A stretch of 64,000 bases of DNA from an uncultured Actinomycetota bacterium (GTDB lineage: Bacteria; Actinomycetota; CALGFH01): positions 20,452 to 84,451 of the forward strand of contig CAVTCL010000030.1 in the NCBI GenBank assembly GCA_963733175.1. Direction: 5' to 3'. Below the pieces are notes generated by a model that was not told the DNA's origin, ran no database searches, and worked only from the letters and a program-made list of their open reading frames with translations. Both the position numbers and the translations under genes were made by a program. The stretch's first letter is position 1. Every line of letters starts with the position of its first letter. Shown here piece by piece: positions 1-12,648 of this stretch.

Positions 1-848
1 CCGACGAGATCACCGACGCCCAGAGCCGCCAGGCCGCCCTCGAGGCCCAGCTCCGCCGGGCCCTCGTCCCCAAGGACCCCAACGACGACAAGGACGTGAT
101 CGTCGAGGTCCGGGCCGGCACCGGCGGCAACGAGGCCGCCCTGTTCGCCGGCGACCTGTACCGGATGTACACCCGCTGGGCCGAGCAGCACGGCCACAAG
201 GTCGAGGTGCTGTCCCAGAGCGACTCCGACCTGGAGGGGGTCAAGGAGGTCGTGTTCGCGGTCAAGGGCAGGGGCGCCTGGTCGCGGCTCAAGTACGAGG
301 CCGGCGTGCACCGGGTCCAGCGGGTCCCGGTGACCGAGTCCCAGGGCCGCATCCACACCTCGGCCGCCGGGGTCAACGTGCTCCCCGAGGCCGACCCGGT
401 CGAGGTCACCGTCGACCCCAACGACCTCAAGATCGACGTGTACCGCTCCACCGGCCCCGGCGGCCAGTCGGTCAACACCACCGACTCGGCGGTGCGCATC
501 ACCCACCTGCCGTCCGGCATCGTGGTCGCCATGCAGGACGAGAAGTCCCAGATCCAGAACCGCGAGAAGGCCATGCGGGTGCTGCGGGCCCGGCTGCTGG
601 ACCGGGCCATCTCCGAGCAGCAGGCCCAGCTGGCCGCCGAGCGCCGCTCCCAGGTCCGCTCGCTGGACCGCTCCGAGCGGGTCCGGACCTACAACTTCCC
701 CCAGGACCGGGTCACCGACCACCGCATCGGCCTGTCCGTCGGCGACCTGCCCGGGGTGCTCGAGGGCCGGGGCCTCGACCGGATCATCGACGAGCTGGCC
801 GCCAGGGACGCCGCCACCGCCCTGGCCGCCGCCGAGGCCCCGGCGTGA
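1..848 (+). CDS. prfA: Peptide chain release factor 1 (5' end lies outside window)
   Basis: Frame of ORF 96..848 stays open to nt 1; GGQ motif ([12 protein letters not shown]) and RF-1 C-terminal domain; followed by prmC. Confidence 0.95.
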   Translation, partial: DEITDAQSRQAALEAQLRRALVPKDPNDDKDVIVEVRAGTGGNEAALFAGDLYRMYTRWAEQHGHKVEVLSQSDSDLEGVKEVVFAVKGRGAWSRLKYEAGVHRVQRVPVTESQGRIHTSAAGVNVLPEADPVEVTVDPNDLKIDVYRSTGPGGQSVNTTDSAVRITHLPSGIVVAMQDEKSQIQNREKAMRVLRARLLDRAISEQQAQLAAERRSQVRSLDRSERVRTYNFPQDRVTDHRIGLSVGDLPGVLEGRGLDRIIDELAARDAATALAAAEAPA

Positions 849-992
849 CCGCCGCGCCGGACCGACTTCGCCGGTCGCCGCGAGCTGCGCGACTGGGCGA
901 CCCGGGAGCTGGCCGCCGCCGGGTGCGTCTCGGCCCAGGCCGAGGCCGACTGGCTGCTGGAGGAGGCGGCGGACGAGGCCGCGCTGCGGGCC

Positions 993-1661
993 ATGGTGGC
1001 CAGCCGGACGGCGGGGGAGCCGCTCCAGTACGTGATCGGGTGGGCGCCGTTCGGGCGGCTGCGGCTGCGGGTCGGGCCGGGGGTGTTCGTGCCCCGCCCC
1101 GAGACCGAGGGCCTGGCCGACCGGGCCGCCACCCGGCTGCGCGCCGCCGGCCCTTCCCCCGTCGCCGTCGACGTGTGCGCCGGGTCGGGAGCGATCGCCT
1201 GCTTCCTGGCCGCCGAGGTCCCCGGGGCCAGGGTCCTGGCCACCGAGCTCGACCCGGGGGCGCTCGCCTGGGCCAGGGGCAACGCCGAGCGGTACGGGGT
1301 CGAGCTGCTCGCCGGCGACCTCGACGCCCCGCTGCCGCCAGAGCTGGCCGGGCGGGTCGACGTGCTCTGCGCCAACGTGCCGTACGTGCCCACCGGGGCC
1401 ATCGCCACCCTGCCCACCGACGTCCGCGACCACGAGCCCCGCCTCGCCCTCGACGGCGGCCCCGACGGCCTGGACGTGCTCCGGCGCCTGGCCCCGAGGG
1501 CCCCCCACTGGCTGGCCCCCGGCGGCGCCCTGCTGTGCGAGATCGGCGAGGACCAGACCGACGCGGCCGCGGCCATGCTGGCCGGCGCCGGCCTGGCCGA
1601 CGTGGCCGTCCACCCCGACCTGGCCGGCCGCGACCGGGTCCTGGAAGGGACCCGGCCGTGA
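993..1661 (+). CDS. prmC: Release-factor glutamine N5-methyltransferase (HemK/PrmC)
   Basis: SAM motif VDVCAGSGAI and NPPY-type motif NVPYVP. Same frame is open and protein-like (RELRDWATRELAAAG..) back to the prfA stop at 848, so the true start is probably upstream of 993. Confidence 0.85.
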   Translation: MVASRTAGEPLQYVIGWAPFGRLRLRVGPGVFVPRPETEGLADRAATRLRAAGPSPVAVDVCAGSGAIACFLAAEVPGARVLATELDPGALAWARGNAERYGVELLAGDLDAPLPPELAGRVDVLCANVPYVPTGAIATLPTDVRDHEPRLALDGGPDGLDVLRRLAPRAPHWLAPGGALLCEIGEDQTDAAAAMLAGAGLADVAVHPDLAGRDRVLEGTRP

Positions 1662-1802
1662 CGGCGGCCCAGGGCCGGAGGGGTTCGGGAACCCCAGGGG
1701 GGCCCTGAGACGGACCCGCGGGTCATCCGCGTCTCCGACGACGAGGAGCAGTGGCCGGGGCTGCTGGAGGTCGGCGGCGAGATCATCGCCAGGGGCGGGC
1801 TG

Positions 1803-2366
1803 GTGGTGCTGCCCACCGACACCCTGTACGGGGTCGGCTGCGACCCGTTCAACGCCTCCGCCGTCGACGCCCTGTTCCAGGCCAAGCAGCGCGGCCGCGA
1901 CCTGCCCCTGCCGGTGCTGGTCCACACCTGGCGCCAGGCCATCGGCCTGGTCGACGAGATCACCGACCAGGCCCAGGCGCTGATCGCGGCCTGGTGGCCG
2001 GGACCGCTCACCCTGGTCATGCGCGAGGCCCCCGGCATCGGCTGGGACCTCGGCGACTCGCGGGGCACGGTGGCGGTGCGCATGCCCAAGCAGACCTTCA
2101 CCCTGGCCCTCATCCAGCGCACCGGCCCCCTGGCCGTCTCCAGCGCCAACCGCTCCGGCGAGCCCACCCCGAGCGAGATCCCGGACGTGGTGTCCCAGCT
2201 CGGCGACCACGTCGGGGTGTTCTTCGACGCCGGGCCGGCCCCCGACGGGCCGGCGTCCAGCATCGTCGACCTCACCGGCAAGCGGCCGCGGCTGCTGCGC
2301 GAGGGGGCCATCCCCGCCGACGAGCTGGAACTCGTGCTCGAGGAGCCCTTCGACGATGCCACCTGA
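1803..2366 (+). CDS. tsaC: L-threonylcarbamoyladenylate synthase, Sua5/YwlC/TsaC family
   Basis: LPTDTLYGVGCDP and SSANRSGEP motifs; upstream in-frame sequence (VIRVSDDEEQW..) suggests an earlier non-ATG/GTG start. Confidence 0.8.
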   Translation: MVLPTDTLYGVGCDPFNASAVDALFQAKQRGRDLPLPVLVHTWRQAIGLVDEITDQAQALIAAWWPGPLTLVMREAPGIGWDLGDSRGTVAVRMPKQTFTLALIQRTGPLAVSSANRSGEPTPSEIPDVVSQLGDHVGVFFDAGPAPDGPASSIVDLTGKRPRLLREGAIPADELELVLEEPFDDAT

Positions 2367-2946
2367 CCCCAACGGCGGCCCCGGCGGGCCGTTCGGCGTG
2401 CTGTTCGTCTGCACCGGCAACATCTGCCGGTCGCCGACGGCCGAGGCCCTGGCCCGCCGCGAGCTGGACCGCTACCCGGGGGCGCCGATCCAGCTGTCGT
2501 CGGCCGGCAGCCACGCCCTCGAGGGCAACCCGGCGGCCAGCCGGTCGATGCTGGCCGCCGCGACCAGGGGGGCCAGCCTGGAGCGGCACTTCGCCCGCGA
2601 GCTGACCAGGCGGCGGGTCCGGGCGGCCGGCCTGATCCTCTGCATGGCCGCCGAGCACCGGCCCTTCGTGCTCAGCTACGACCGCTCCGCGGCCGGCCGG
2701 ACCTTCCTGCTGGCCACCTTCGCCCGGGTGGCCAGCCAGTGGGAGTGGCTGGCCACCTCGCCGGCCGAGCTGGTCGCCCTGGCCGCCGAGCACGCGCGCG
2801 AGCTGGACGGCGACGACATCGACGACCCCCTCGGCCATCCCGCCGAGACCTACGCGGCCTGCGCCGAGCGCCTGGACGGCCTGGTCACCCCCGTGATCGC
2901 CGCCCTCGTCAAGACCATGGCGGTCGGCTCGGCGGGTCCCACGTGA
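2356..2946 (+). CDS. Low-molecular-weight protein-tyrosine phosphatase
   Basis: P-loop VLFVCTGNICRSP (CX5R-S) near the N-terminus and a DDP loop; overlaps the tsaC stop by 11 nt. Confidence 0.85.
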   Translation: MPPDPNGGPGGPFGVLFVCTGNICRSPTAEALARRELDRYPGAPIQLSSAGSHALEGNPAASRSMLAAATRGASLERHFARELTRRRVRAAGLILCMAAEHRPFVLSYDRSAAGRTFLLATFARVASQWEWLATSPAELVALAAEHARELDGDDIDDPLGHPAETYAACAERLDGLVTPVIAALVKTMAVGSAGPT

Positions 2947-2961
2947 TAGGTTGCTGAGTTC

Positions 2962-4068
2962 GTGGGCGACCTGCGGTCCTATCTCCTCGTCGCCGTCATG
3001 GCGGCGGGGCTCACCTACTGCCTGACCCCGGTGGTGCGGGCGCTGGCGCTGCGGATCGGGGCCGTCGACCGGCCCGGCGGCCGCAAGATGCACGCCATCG
3101 CCACCCCGACCCTCGGCGGGCTGGCCCTGTTCTTCGGCTTCGTCGGCGGGCTCGCCCTGTCGTCGCTGCTGTTCCCGCGGCTGTTCGTCTCCTCCGAGGC
3201 GGCCGGCATCGCCATCGGGGCCTCGCTGATGGTCGGCATCGGCATCGTCGACGACCTCAAGGGCCTGTCCGCCCCGGTCAAGCTGGCCGGCCAGATCCTG
3301 GCCGCCACCACCATGACCCTCGGCGGGGTGCAGGTGCTGTTCTTCTGGCTGCCGGCGTTCGGCCCCCTGAACGAGGGCGTCATCAGCCTCGCCCCCGAGC
3401 TCGGCGTGCCCATCACCGTGCTGCTGGTGATCGTCACCGTCAACGCCATCAACCTGGTCGACGGCCTCGACGGCCTGGCCGCCGGCCTGGTCGCCATCGG
3501 CGCCATGGCCTACTTCGTCTACAGCTACCGCACCGGGGCCTCGGGCCTGATCGCCCAGGACTCACCGGCCCCGCTGCTGAGCGCGCTGCTGTTCGGGATC
3601 TGCGTCGGGTTCCTGCCCCACAACTTCAACCCGGCCCGCATCTTCATGGGCGACACCGGCTCGATGCTGCTGGGGACCCTGCTGGCCGGCGCCACCATCA
3701 CCGGCATCGGCCGCACCACCCAGCCCCAGGCCGGCGACCAGTTCGCCCTGCTGATCCCGGTGGCCATCCCGCTGCTGGTCCTGGCCCTGCCGTTCCTGGA
3801 CACCCTGCTGGCCGTCGGCCGCCGGATGCGCTCGGGCACCGGCATCATGACCGCCGACAAGCAGCACCTCCACCACCGCCTGCTGGAGATCGGCCACTCC
3901 CACCGCCGGGCCGTGCTCATCCTGTACGCCTGGAGCGCCCTGCTCGCCGGCTCGGTGGTCGCCCTCTCCTTCACCGGCCCCCGCCGGGTCCTCCCCTTCT
4001 TCCTGGTCGTGGTCGCCTGCGGCGTCTTCGGCCTGCTCTCGCCCCGCTGGCGCCGCCGCCAAGCCTAG
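2962..4068 (+). CDS. wecA: Undecaprenyl-phosphate GlcNAc-1-phosphate transferase (MraY/WecA family)
   Basis: Polytopic membrane protein with NAINLVDGLDGLA and FMGDTGS motifs; sits before the atp operon as rfe/wecA does in mycobacteria. Confidence 0.85.
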   Translation: MGDLRSYLLVAVMAAGLTYCLTPVVRALALRIGAVDRPGGRKMHAIATPTLGGLALFFGFVGGLALSSLLFPRLFVSSEAAGIAIGASLMVGIGIVDDLKGLSAPVKLAGQILAATTMTLGGVQVLFFWLPAFGPLNEGVISLAPELGVPITVLLVIVTVNAINLVDGLDGLAAGLVAIGAMAYFVYSYRTGASGLIAQDSPAPLLSALLFGICVGFLPHNFNPARIFMGDTGSMLLGTLLAGATITGIGRTTQPQAGDQFALLIPVAIPLLVLALPFLDTLLAVGRRMRSGTGIMTADKQHLHHRLLEIGHSHRRAVLILYAWSALLAGSVVALSFTGPRRVLPFFLVVVACGVFGLLSPRWRRRQA

Positions 4069-4211
4069 CCGCGGACCACCACCTCAGCAGCCGCTCCACG
4101 TCGGCGGTGCCGACCAGCTCGTCGCGGTCGGGAGGCGGCCGCCGGCCGCTCCGCGCCCCCGCAGGCGGCGAGCGACACGAGCAGGGCGATGGCGAGGAGG
4201 CGTGGTCTCAC
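4065..4211 (-). CDS. Possible small lipoprotein (weak call, probably frame-disrupted)
   Basis: GTG start, then signal/lipobox-like RPRLLAIALLVSLAAC; third-position GC is high for about 27 codons and then moves to another frame. Confidence 0.25.
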   Translation of the reverse strand: MRPRLLAIALLVSLAACGGAERPAAASRPRRAGRHRRRGAAAEVVVRG

Positions 4212-4234
4212 CTCCCCTGTCTCGGCAGCGCCGC

Positions 4235-4254
4235 CGGGCCGCTGAAGCGGCCCG
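4235..4254. terminator. GC-rich stem-loop (8-bp stem, GNRA-like tetraloop tgaa)
   Basis: cgggccgc-tgaa-gcggcccg is a perfect inverted repeat; no U tract; lies between wecA and the atp promoter candidate. Confidence 0.3.
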
Positions 4255-4260
4255 CCCCGC

Positions 4261-4291
4261 TTGGCATGACGACGGTCGTGGCTGGTAGATT
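4261..4291 (+). promoter_or_regulatory. Candidate atp operon promoter
   Basis: TTGGCA (4261-4266), 19-nt spacer, TAGATT (4286-4291), about 90 nt upstream of atpI; the spacer is long. Confidence 0.3.
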
Positions 4292-4381
4292 CACCGTCCA
4301 CTTCCACGCCGGGGACGGTGCCGCGACCAGCGGCGGGTGCGCCCTGCCGTGGAACGGAGCGTCTCGGGAGGCGGGTGTGCG

Positions 4382-4795
4382 ATGACCGAGGAAGTACGCA
4401 TGGCCCGCGGGGCGGCGCTCGCCACCGCGGCGGCCGCGCCCGTCGCGCTCGGCCTCGCCTGGTGGGCGGCCGGCTCCAAGGGCCTGCTGGGCGCGGCCTT
4501 CGGGCTCCTGCTGGCCGTGGCCTTCTTCTCGGCCACCCTGCTGGCGGTGGGGGCGGCCGGCCGGGTCCAGCCCGAGCTGATGCTGCCGGCGGCGGTGCTC
4601 ACCTTCGCGTTCAAGATGGTCGTCATCGGCCTGCTGCTGTTCCTGCTCAGGGACACGACCGCCTTCGACAAGGAGGCGTTCGCCCTCTCCCTGGTCGCCG
4701 GGACCGTGGTCTACCTGGCGGCCGAGATCCGCTTCGCCATGCGGGCCAAGATCCCCTATGTGGTCACCGACGAGAACAAGGCGGAGTCGCGATGA
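4382..4795 (+). CDS. atpI: ATP synthase protein I-like membrane protein
   Basis: ATG at 4382 preceded by GGGAGG; 4 hydrophobic segments; located directly upstream of atpB. Confidence 0.6.
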   Translation: MTEEVRMARGAALATAAAAPVALGLAWWAAGSKGLLGAAFGLLLAVAFFSATLLAVGAAGRVQPELMLPAAVLTFAFKMVVIGLLLFLLRDTTAFDKEAFALSLVAGTVVYLAAEIRFAMRAKIPYVVTDENKAESR

Positions 4796-5028
4796 TAGAT
4801 TCGCCCGCCCATGAGCGAATCCGGCCCCGGAGAGGGAGCCCTCCCGGCCGCGGCGCCGAGATGGTCTGGTCCATCATCGGCACGCTGATCGCCGGGGTCC
4901 TCGCCTGGGGTGGCATCGGCTGGCTGCTCGACCGCTGGCTCGGCACCCGGTACCTGGTGGCGGTCGGCGTCGTCGTCGGCATGGCCGGCGCCTTCTACCT
5001 GATCATCAAGCGCTACGGAAGCGGCTGA
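4792..5028 (+). CDS. AtpZ/ATPase_gene1-type small two-TM protein
   Basis: ATGA overlap with the atpI stop; WSIIGTLIAGVLAWGGIGWLLDRWLGT..VVVGMAGAFYLIIKRY is typical of the small F0F1-associated protein; alternative start at 4861. Confidence 0.6.
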   Translation: MIDSPAHERIRPRRGSPPGRGAEMVWSIIGTLIAGVLAWGGIGWLLDRWLGTRYLVAVGVVVGMAGAFYLIIKRYGSG

Positions 5029-5038
5029 CGGGGCGACC

Positions 5039-6113
<1,075 letters not shown>

Positions 6114-6123
6114 GGGAGGGTCC

Positions 6124-6729
6124 GTGCAGCTTGCCTACGTCCTGGCCCAGGAGACGGCCGAGCACGAGCCGAACCCCATCCTGCCGGCCTCGAACGAGCT
6201 CATCTGGGGCACGGTCGCCTTCCTGATCCTGCTGTTCCTCATGTACCGGACGGTCTTCCCCTCGATCAACCAGGCCTACAAGGACCGCCGGGCCAACATC
6301 GAGGGCAAGCTCGAGAAGGCCGAGCGCGACCGCGAAGAGGCCGAGCAGCTGCTGGAGCAGTACCGGCGGCGGCTGCGCGACGCCGAGGACGAGACCCAGC
6401 GGATCCTGGACGAGGCCAGGGCCAACGCCGAGCGGGTCCGCCGCGACCTGCTGGCCAAGGCCGAGACCGACGCCGGCCGCGAGCTCGACCGGGCCCGCCA
6501 GGCCATCCGGGCCGAGCGCGACCAGGCCATCCGCCAGCTCCGCAACGAGGTCGGCACGCTCGCCGTCGAGCTGGCCACCCGGGTGGTCGGCGACTCGCTG
6601 GACCGCGACCGCCAGCTCCGGCTGGTCGACGAGTACATCGAGGAGCTCGGCACCCAGGCCCAGGCCGGCGCCATGACCAGCCGGCGCGAGGGGTCCGGGG
6701 ACGGCGATGGCGATGGCGACCGAGGTTAA
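6124..6729 (+). CDS. atpF: F0F1 ATP synthase subunit b
   Basis: N-terminal TM helix followed by a long charged coiled coil; TAA stop at 6727-6729. Confidence 0.9.
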   Translation: MQLAYVLAQETAEHEPNPILPASNELIWGTVAFLILLFLMYRTVFPSINQAYKDRRANIEGKLEKAERDREEAEQLLEQYRRRLRDAEDETQRILDEARANAERVRRDLLAKAETDAGRELDRARQAIRAERDQAIRQLRNEVGTLAVELATRVVGDSLDRDRQLRLVDEYIEELGTQAQAGAMTSRREGSGDGDGDGDRG

Positions 6730-7534
6730 CCAGGCGCTGGCCGCCCACGCCCAGGCGCTGTTCGACGACGCCGCCGGGCGTGGCCAGCGGGCCATCGACC
6801 AGGTCGACCGACGACCTGGTGCAGTTCGCCCGGCTGCTGGTCCACCAGGTGCGGCTGCGCAAGGCCCTGGCCGACCCCGGGCTGCCGCCCGAGCCCAAGC
6901 GGGCCCTGCTCACCGAGCTCGGCCAGGGCCGGCTCGACGAGGCCAGCGTCGAGCTGCTGGCCACCGTGGCCACCCGCCAGCGGGTCCGGCTGCGGGACTT
7001 CCCCGGGCTGCTGGCCAGCCTCGCCGCCATGGCCGCCTTCACCGCCGCCGACAAGGCCGGCCAGCTGGAACAGCTCGAGAGCGAGCTGTTCGGCGTGGCC
7101 ACCCTGGTCGAGCGGGAGCACGGGGTGCGCTCGGCCCTGACCAACCCCGGCCTGCCGGTCGAGAACAAGCGGGCGCTGCATGGCCGACCTGCTCGAGCGG
7201 GGCCAGCCGGCGCGCCGCCGCCCTGGCCGACCTGCTGGTCGAGCTGTACGAGGGCCACCAGCTGGACACCGTGGCCAGGGAGTGGGCGGAGGCGGCGGCG
7301 GCCCGCCGCAACCGGGTGGTGGCCGAGGTGCGCAGCGCCGTCGAGCTCGACGACCAGCGCCGGGCCCGCCTGGCCGAGGCCCTGACCCGCGCGATCGGCA
7401 GGCCGGTCGTCCTCCAGACAATCGTCGACGAGACTATTTTGGGCTCGGTGGTCGTCCGCGTCGGGGACGAGCTGTTCGACGGCAGCATCCGCAGCCGCCT
7501 CGAACAGGCCCGCGAGGCCCTCGGGGTCGCCTAG
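6707..7534 (+). pseudogene. atpH: F0F1 ATP synthase subunit delta (OSCP), reading frame broken about 3 times as assembled
   Basis: N-terminus in the frame of 6707, middle (DDLVQFARLL..ENKRAL) in the frame of ORF 6780..7385, short ADLLERGQP in the frame of 7180, C-terminus (LADLLVELYEG..LEQAREALG) back in the first frame; switches near 6810, 7178 and 7210. Confidence 0.85.
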
Positions 7535-7570
7535 TCCAGGCCTGAGACCGGAGAGCGAAAGGGCAACACG

Positions 7571-9216
7571 ATGACCGAACTTTCCATCAGGCCGGACGAC
7601 ATCGCGGCCGCGCTCAAGAAGCACGTCGAGTCGTTCCGGCCGACGGTGACCCGGGAGGAGGTCGGGCGGGTCACCGAGACCGGCGACGGCATCGCCCGGG
7701 TCGAGGGCATGCCCTCGACCATGGCCCTGGAGCTGCTCGAGTTCCCCGGCGGCCTGCTCGGCATGGCCCTCAACCTGGACGTGCGCGAGATCGGCTGCGT
7801 GGTCTTCGGCGACGCCTCCGGGATCGAGGAGGGCGACGAGGTCAGGCACACCGGCCGGGTGCTGTCGGTGCCGGTGGGCGACGGCTTCCTCGGCCGGGTG
7901 GTCGACCCGCTGGGCCGCCCGCTGGACGGCAAGGGCGACATCGAGGCCGAGACCACCAGGGCCCTCGAGCTCCAGGCGCCGTCGGTGGTGCAGCGCCAGC
8001 CGGTGAAGGAGCCGCTGGAGACCGGCATCAAGGCGATCGACGCCATGACCAACATCGGCCGGGGCCAGCGCGAGCTGATCATCGGCGACCAGAAGACCGG
8101 CAAGAGCGCCGTCTGCCTGGACACCATCATCAACCAGCGCCAGCACTGGGGCACCGACAAGCAGGTCAAGTGCATCTACGTGGCCATCGGCCAGAAGGCC
8201 ACCACCGTGCGCGAGTTCGTCGGCGCCCTGGAGGAGAACGGCGCCCTCGAGTACACCGTGGTCGTCAGCGCCCCGGCCGACCTGCCGGCCTCCTTCAAGT
8301 ACATCGCCCCCTACGCCGGCTCGGCCATGGGCCAGCACTGGATGTACAAGGGCGAGCACGCCCTGATCGTCTTCGACGACCTCTCCAAGCAGGCCGAGGC
8401 CTACCGCGAGATCTCCCTGCTGCTGCGCCGCCCGGCCGGCCGCGAGGCCTACCCGGGCGACGTGTTCTACCTCCACTCGCGGCTGCTGGAGCGCTGCGCC
8501 AAGCTGTCGAACGACCTGGGCGGCGGCTCGCTGACCGGCCTGCCGATCATCGAGACCAAGGGCAACGACATCTCGGCCTACATCCCGACCAACGTCATCT
8601 CGATCACCGACGGCCAGATCTACCTGGAGGCCGACCTGTTCAACCAGGGCGTCCGGCCGGCCATCAACGTCGGCACCTCGGTCTCCCGGGTCGGCGGCAG
8701 CGCCCAGATCAGGGCCATGCGCCAGGTCGCCGGCACCCTGCGCATCGACCTGGCCCAGTTCCGGGCCCTGGAGGCGTTCGCCCTGTTCGCCTCCGACCTC
8801 GACAAGGCGTCGCGGGACCAGCTGGAGCGGGGGGCCCGCATGGTCGAGCTGCTCAAGCAGGGCCAGTACCAGCCGGTCCCGGTCGAGAAGCAGGTCGTCT
8901 CGATCTGGTCCGGGACCAGTGGATACCTGGACGATGTGCAGGTCGAGGACGTGCGCCGCTTCGAGGCCGAGCTCCTCGAGCACGTCGAGGCCAACCACCC
9001 TGGGGTCCTGGAGCACATCCGCGAGCGAGGGCACGCTCCCCGAGGAGGTCGAGCAGCAGCTCAAGGACGCGGTCGACGGAGTTCCGGCGCCGCTTCCGGC
9101 CGTCGGAGGGCGCGCCGCCGTTGCGTGAGGCCGGGGCCGAGGCGATGGAAGAGGAAGAGATCGAGCAGGAGGGCGTCAAGCGCTACAAGCGCCCCAGCCG
9201 GCCGCGGGAGTCCTAG
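7571..9216 (+). CDS. atpA: F0F1 ATP synthase subunit alpha (2 apparent frameshifts in the last 190 nt)
   Basis: Walker A GDQKTGKS. The tail reads ..IRERG / [15 protein letters not shown] / [16 protein letters not shown] only after removing one G at 9029-9031 and one near 9078; the 569-aa ORF to 9280 has a nonsense tail. Confidence 0.95.
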
Positions 9217-9222
9217 ACCGCC

Positions 9223-10113
9223 ATGCCAGCGCAGCTACGGGTCGTCCGCCGCCGGATCCGGACGGTGCAGTCGACCATGAAGATCACCAGGGCCATGGAG
9301 CTCATCTCCGCCTCCCGGCTTGTCCAGGGCCCAGGAGCGGGTCGCGCAGGCCCGGCCCGTACACCGACGAGATCACCGCCGCCCTGGAGAGCGTCGTCAG
9401 CACCGAGGTGCTCCTTTCCCACCCGCTGCTCGAGCAGCGGGACGAGGTCGCGAGCGGCCGCAGTGCTCGTGGTCACCTCCGACCGCGGCCTGTCCGGCCC
9501 CTACAACGGCAACGTGCTCCGCACCGCCGAGGAGCTGCAGGCGCGCTTGCGGGACGACGGCATCGAGCCCAAGCTCTACGTCACCGGCCGCAAGGGCCTC
9601 GCCTACTACCGTTTCCGGCAGCGCCCGATCGAGCAGGCCTGGACGGGCTTCTCGGACCGGCCTTCCTACGAGGACGCCCGGACCGTGGTGGATGTGCTGG
9701 TCGAGGAGTTCACCTCCCTCCAGGTCGACCAGATCCATGCGGTGTTCACCGACTTCGTCTCGGCCTCGACCCAGCGGGCGGTGGCTCGGCGGTTCGTTCC
9801 GCTGGTGATCGAGGAGGTGGAGGAGGGGCCGCCCGAGCCGATCCCCCAGTACCTGTACGAACCGAGCCCGGAGCTGCTGCTCGACGCTCTGCTGCCTCGC
9901 TACATCGAGGCCCGGGTGTTCACGGCCATGCTGGAGGCGACGGCCTCCGAGCACGCGGCCAGGCGCCGGGCGATGAAAGCCGCCACCGACAACGCCTCCG
10001 AGCTGATCGAGGACCTGACCCGCGAGTACAACCAGGCGCGGCAGGCCGAGATCACCCAGGAGATCATGGAGATCGTCGGGGGCGCGGAAGCCCTCCAGAG
10101 CAACGGGAGCTGA
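9223..10113 (+). pseudogene. atpG: F0F1 ATP synthase subunit gamma, frame broken about 3 times in the first 250 nt as assembled
   Basis: ITRAMELISASRL (frame of 9223), RAQERVAQARP (frame of 9320), YTDEITAALESV..LLEQRDEV (frame of 9408), then AAVLVVTSDRGLSGPYN back in the first frame; switches near 9325, 9359 and 9458. Confidence 0.9.
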
Positions 10114-10119
10114 GACGAC

Positions 10120-11570
<1,451 letters not shown>

Positions 11571-11572
11571 CC

Positions 11573-11974
11573 GTGGCCGGCCTGGAGGTCCACCTGGTCA
11601 CCCCCGAGCGGGAGGTGTGGGCCGGCGAGGCCGACTTCGTCACCGCCCGCGGGGTGGACGGCGACCTCGGCGTGCTCCCCGGCCACGCGCCGCTGCTGGC
11701 CGCCCTGGCCGTCGGCCCGGTGTTCATCGACGCCGGCGGCAGCCGCATCGCGGTCGCGGTGGACGGCGGCTTCCTCCACGTCGCCCACGACGACGACGTC
11801 ACCCGGGTCGACATCCTGGCCGAGCACGCCGTGCTCCCCGACGAGCTGGCCCGGGACGACGCCGAGTCCCACGAGCGCCGGGCCGAGGAGCTGCGCTCCG
11901 AGGACCGCCTCGACGAGGCCCGCGAGGAGCAGGCCAAGGCGGCCGTCCGCCGCCGGGTCGCCGAGAACGGCTGA
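11573..11974 (+). CDS. atpC: F0F1 ATP synthase subunit epsilon
   Basis: GTG 3 nt after the atpD stop; [30 protein letters not shown] is typical of epsilon. Confidence 0.9.
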   Translation: MAGLEVHLVTPEREVWAGEADFVTARGVDGDLGVLPGHAPLLAALAVGPVFIDAGGSRIAVAVDGGFLHVAHDDDVTRVDILAEHAVLPDELARDDAESHERRAEELRSEDRLDEAREEQAKAAVRRRVAENG

Positions 11975-11986
11975 GGCCGGCCTCAG
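11971..11986. terminator. 16-bp perfect palindrome containing both convergent stop codons
   Basis: ctgaggcc|ggcctcag; the atpC TGA (11972-11974) and the response-regulator TGA (complement of 11983-11985) are the palindrome arms. Confidence 0.3.
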
Positions 11987-12648
11987 ACGCGCAGATAGGC
12001 GAGCACGGCCCGGACGCGACGGTGGTCGTCGGTGTCCGGCGGCAGGTCGAGCTTGGCCAGGATGGCCCCGATGTGCTTGGCCACCGCGGCCTCGGTGACG
12101 ACCAGGGTCCTGGCGATGGCGCCGTTGGACCAGCCCTCGGCCATCAGGGCCAGCACCTCGCGCTCGCGGGGGGTGAGGCGCTCCAGCGGGTCGCGGCGGC
12201 GGCGCAGGAGCTGGCGGACGACCTCGGGGTCGATGACCGTGCCGCCGGCGGCGACCCGCCGCACCGCGTCGTCGAACTCCTCCACGTCACCGACCCGGTC
12301 CTTGAGCAGGTAGCCGACCCCGGCCCCGCGGCCGGGCCCGGCGTCGAGCAGCTCGGTGGCGTAGGTCTGCTCGACGTACTGGCTGAGCACCAGGACGGCC
12401 AGCGACGGGCGGGCCGCGCGCAGCGCCACCGCCGCCCGCAGGCCCTCGTCGCTGAAGCCGGGCGGCATGCGGACGTCGGTCACGACCACGTCCGGCTCGT
12501 GCGCCTCGACGGCGGCGGCCAGCGCCGGCGCGTCGCCGACGGCGGCGACGACGTCGTGGCCGAAGCGCCGCAGGAGCTCCGACATCCCCTCCCGGAGCAG
12601 GACGGCGTCCTCGGCGAGGACTATCCGGAGGGGACCGTCTGCCCGCAC
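11983..12648 (-). CDS. LuxR/NarL-family response regulator
   Basis: REC domain (RIVLAEDAVLL, VVVTDVRMPP) plus LuxR HTH (REREVLALMAEGWSNGAIA..TEAAVAKHI); GTG at 12648 overlaps the kinase stop. Confidence 0.9.
   Translation of the reverse strand: MRADGPLRIVLAEDAVLLREGMSELLRRFGHDVVAAVGDAPALAAAVEAHEPDVVVTDVRMPPGFSDEGLRAAVALRAARPSLAVLVLSQYVEQTYATELLDAGPGRGAGVGYLLKDRVGDVEEFDDAVRRVAAGGTVIDPEVVRQLLRRRRDPLERLTPREREVLALMAEGWSNGAIARTLVVTEAAVAKHIGAILAKLDLPPDTDDHRRVRAVLAYLRV

Noticed and set aside
6124-7534. Mycobacterium-style fused b/delta ATP synthase subunit
   Set aside because: atpF ends with a clean TAA at 6727-6729, and atpH has its own ATG (6707 or 6713) in a different frame. These are two separate genes.
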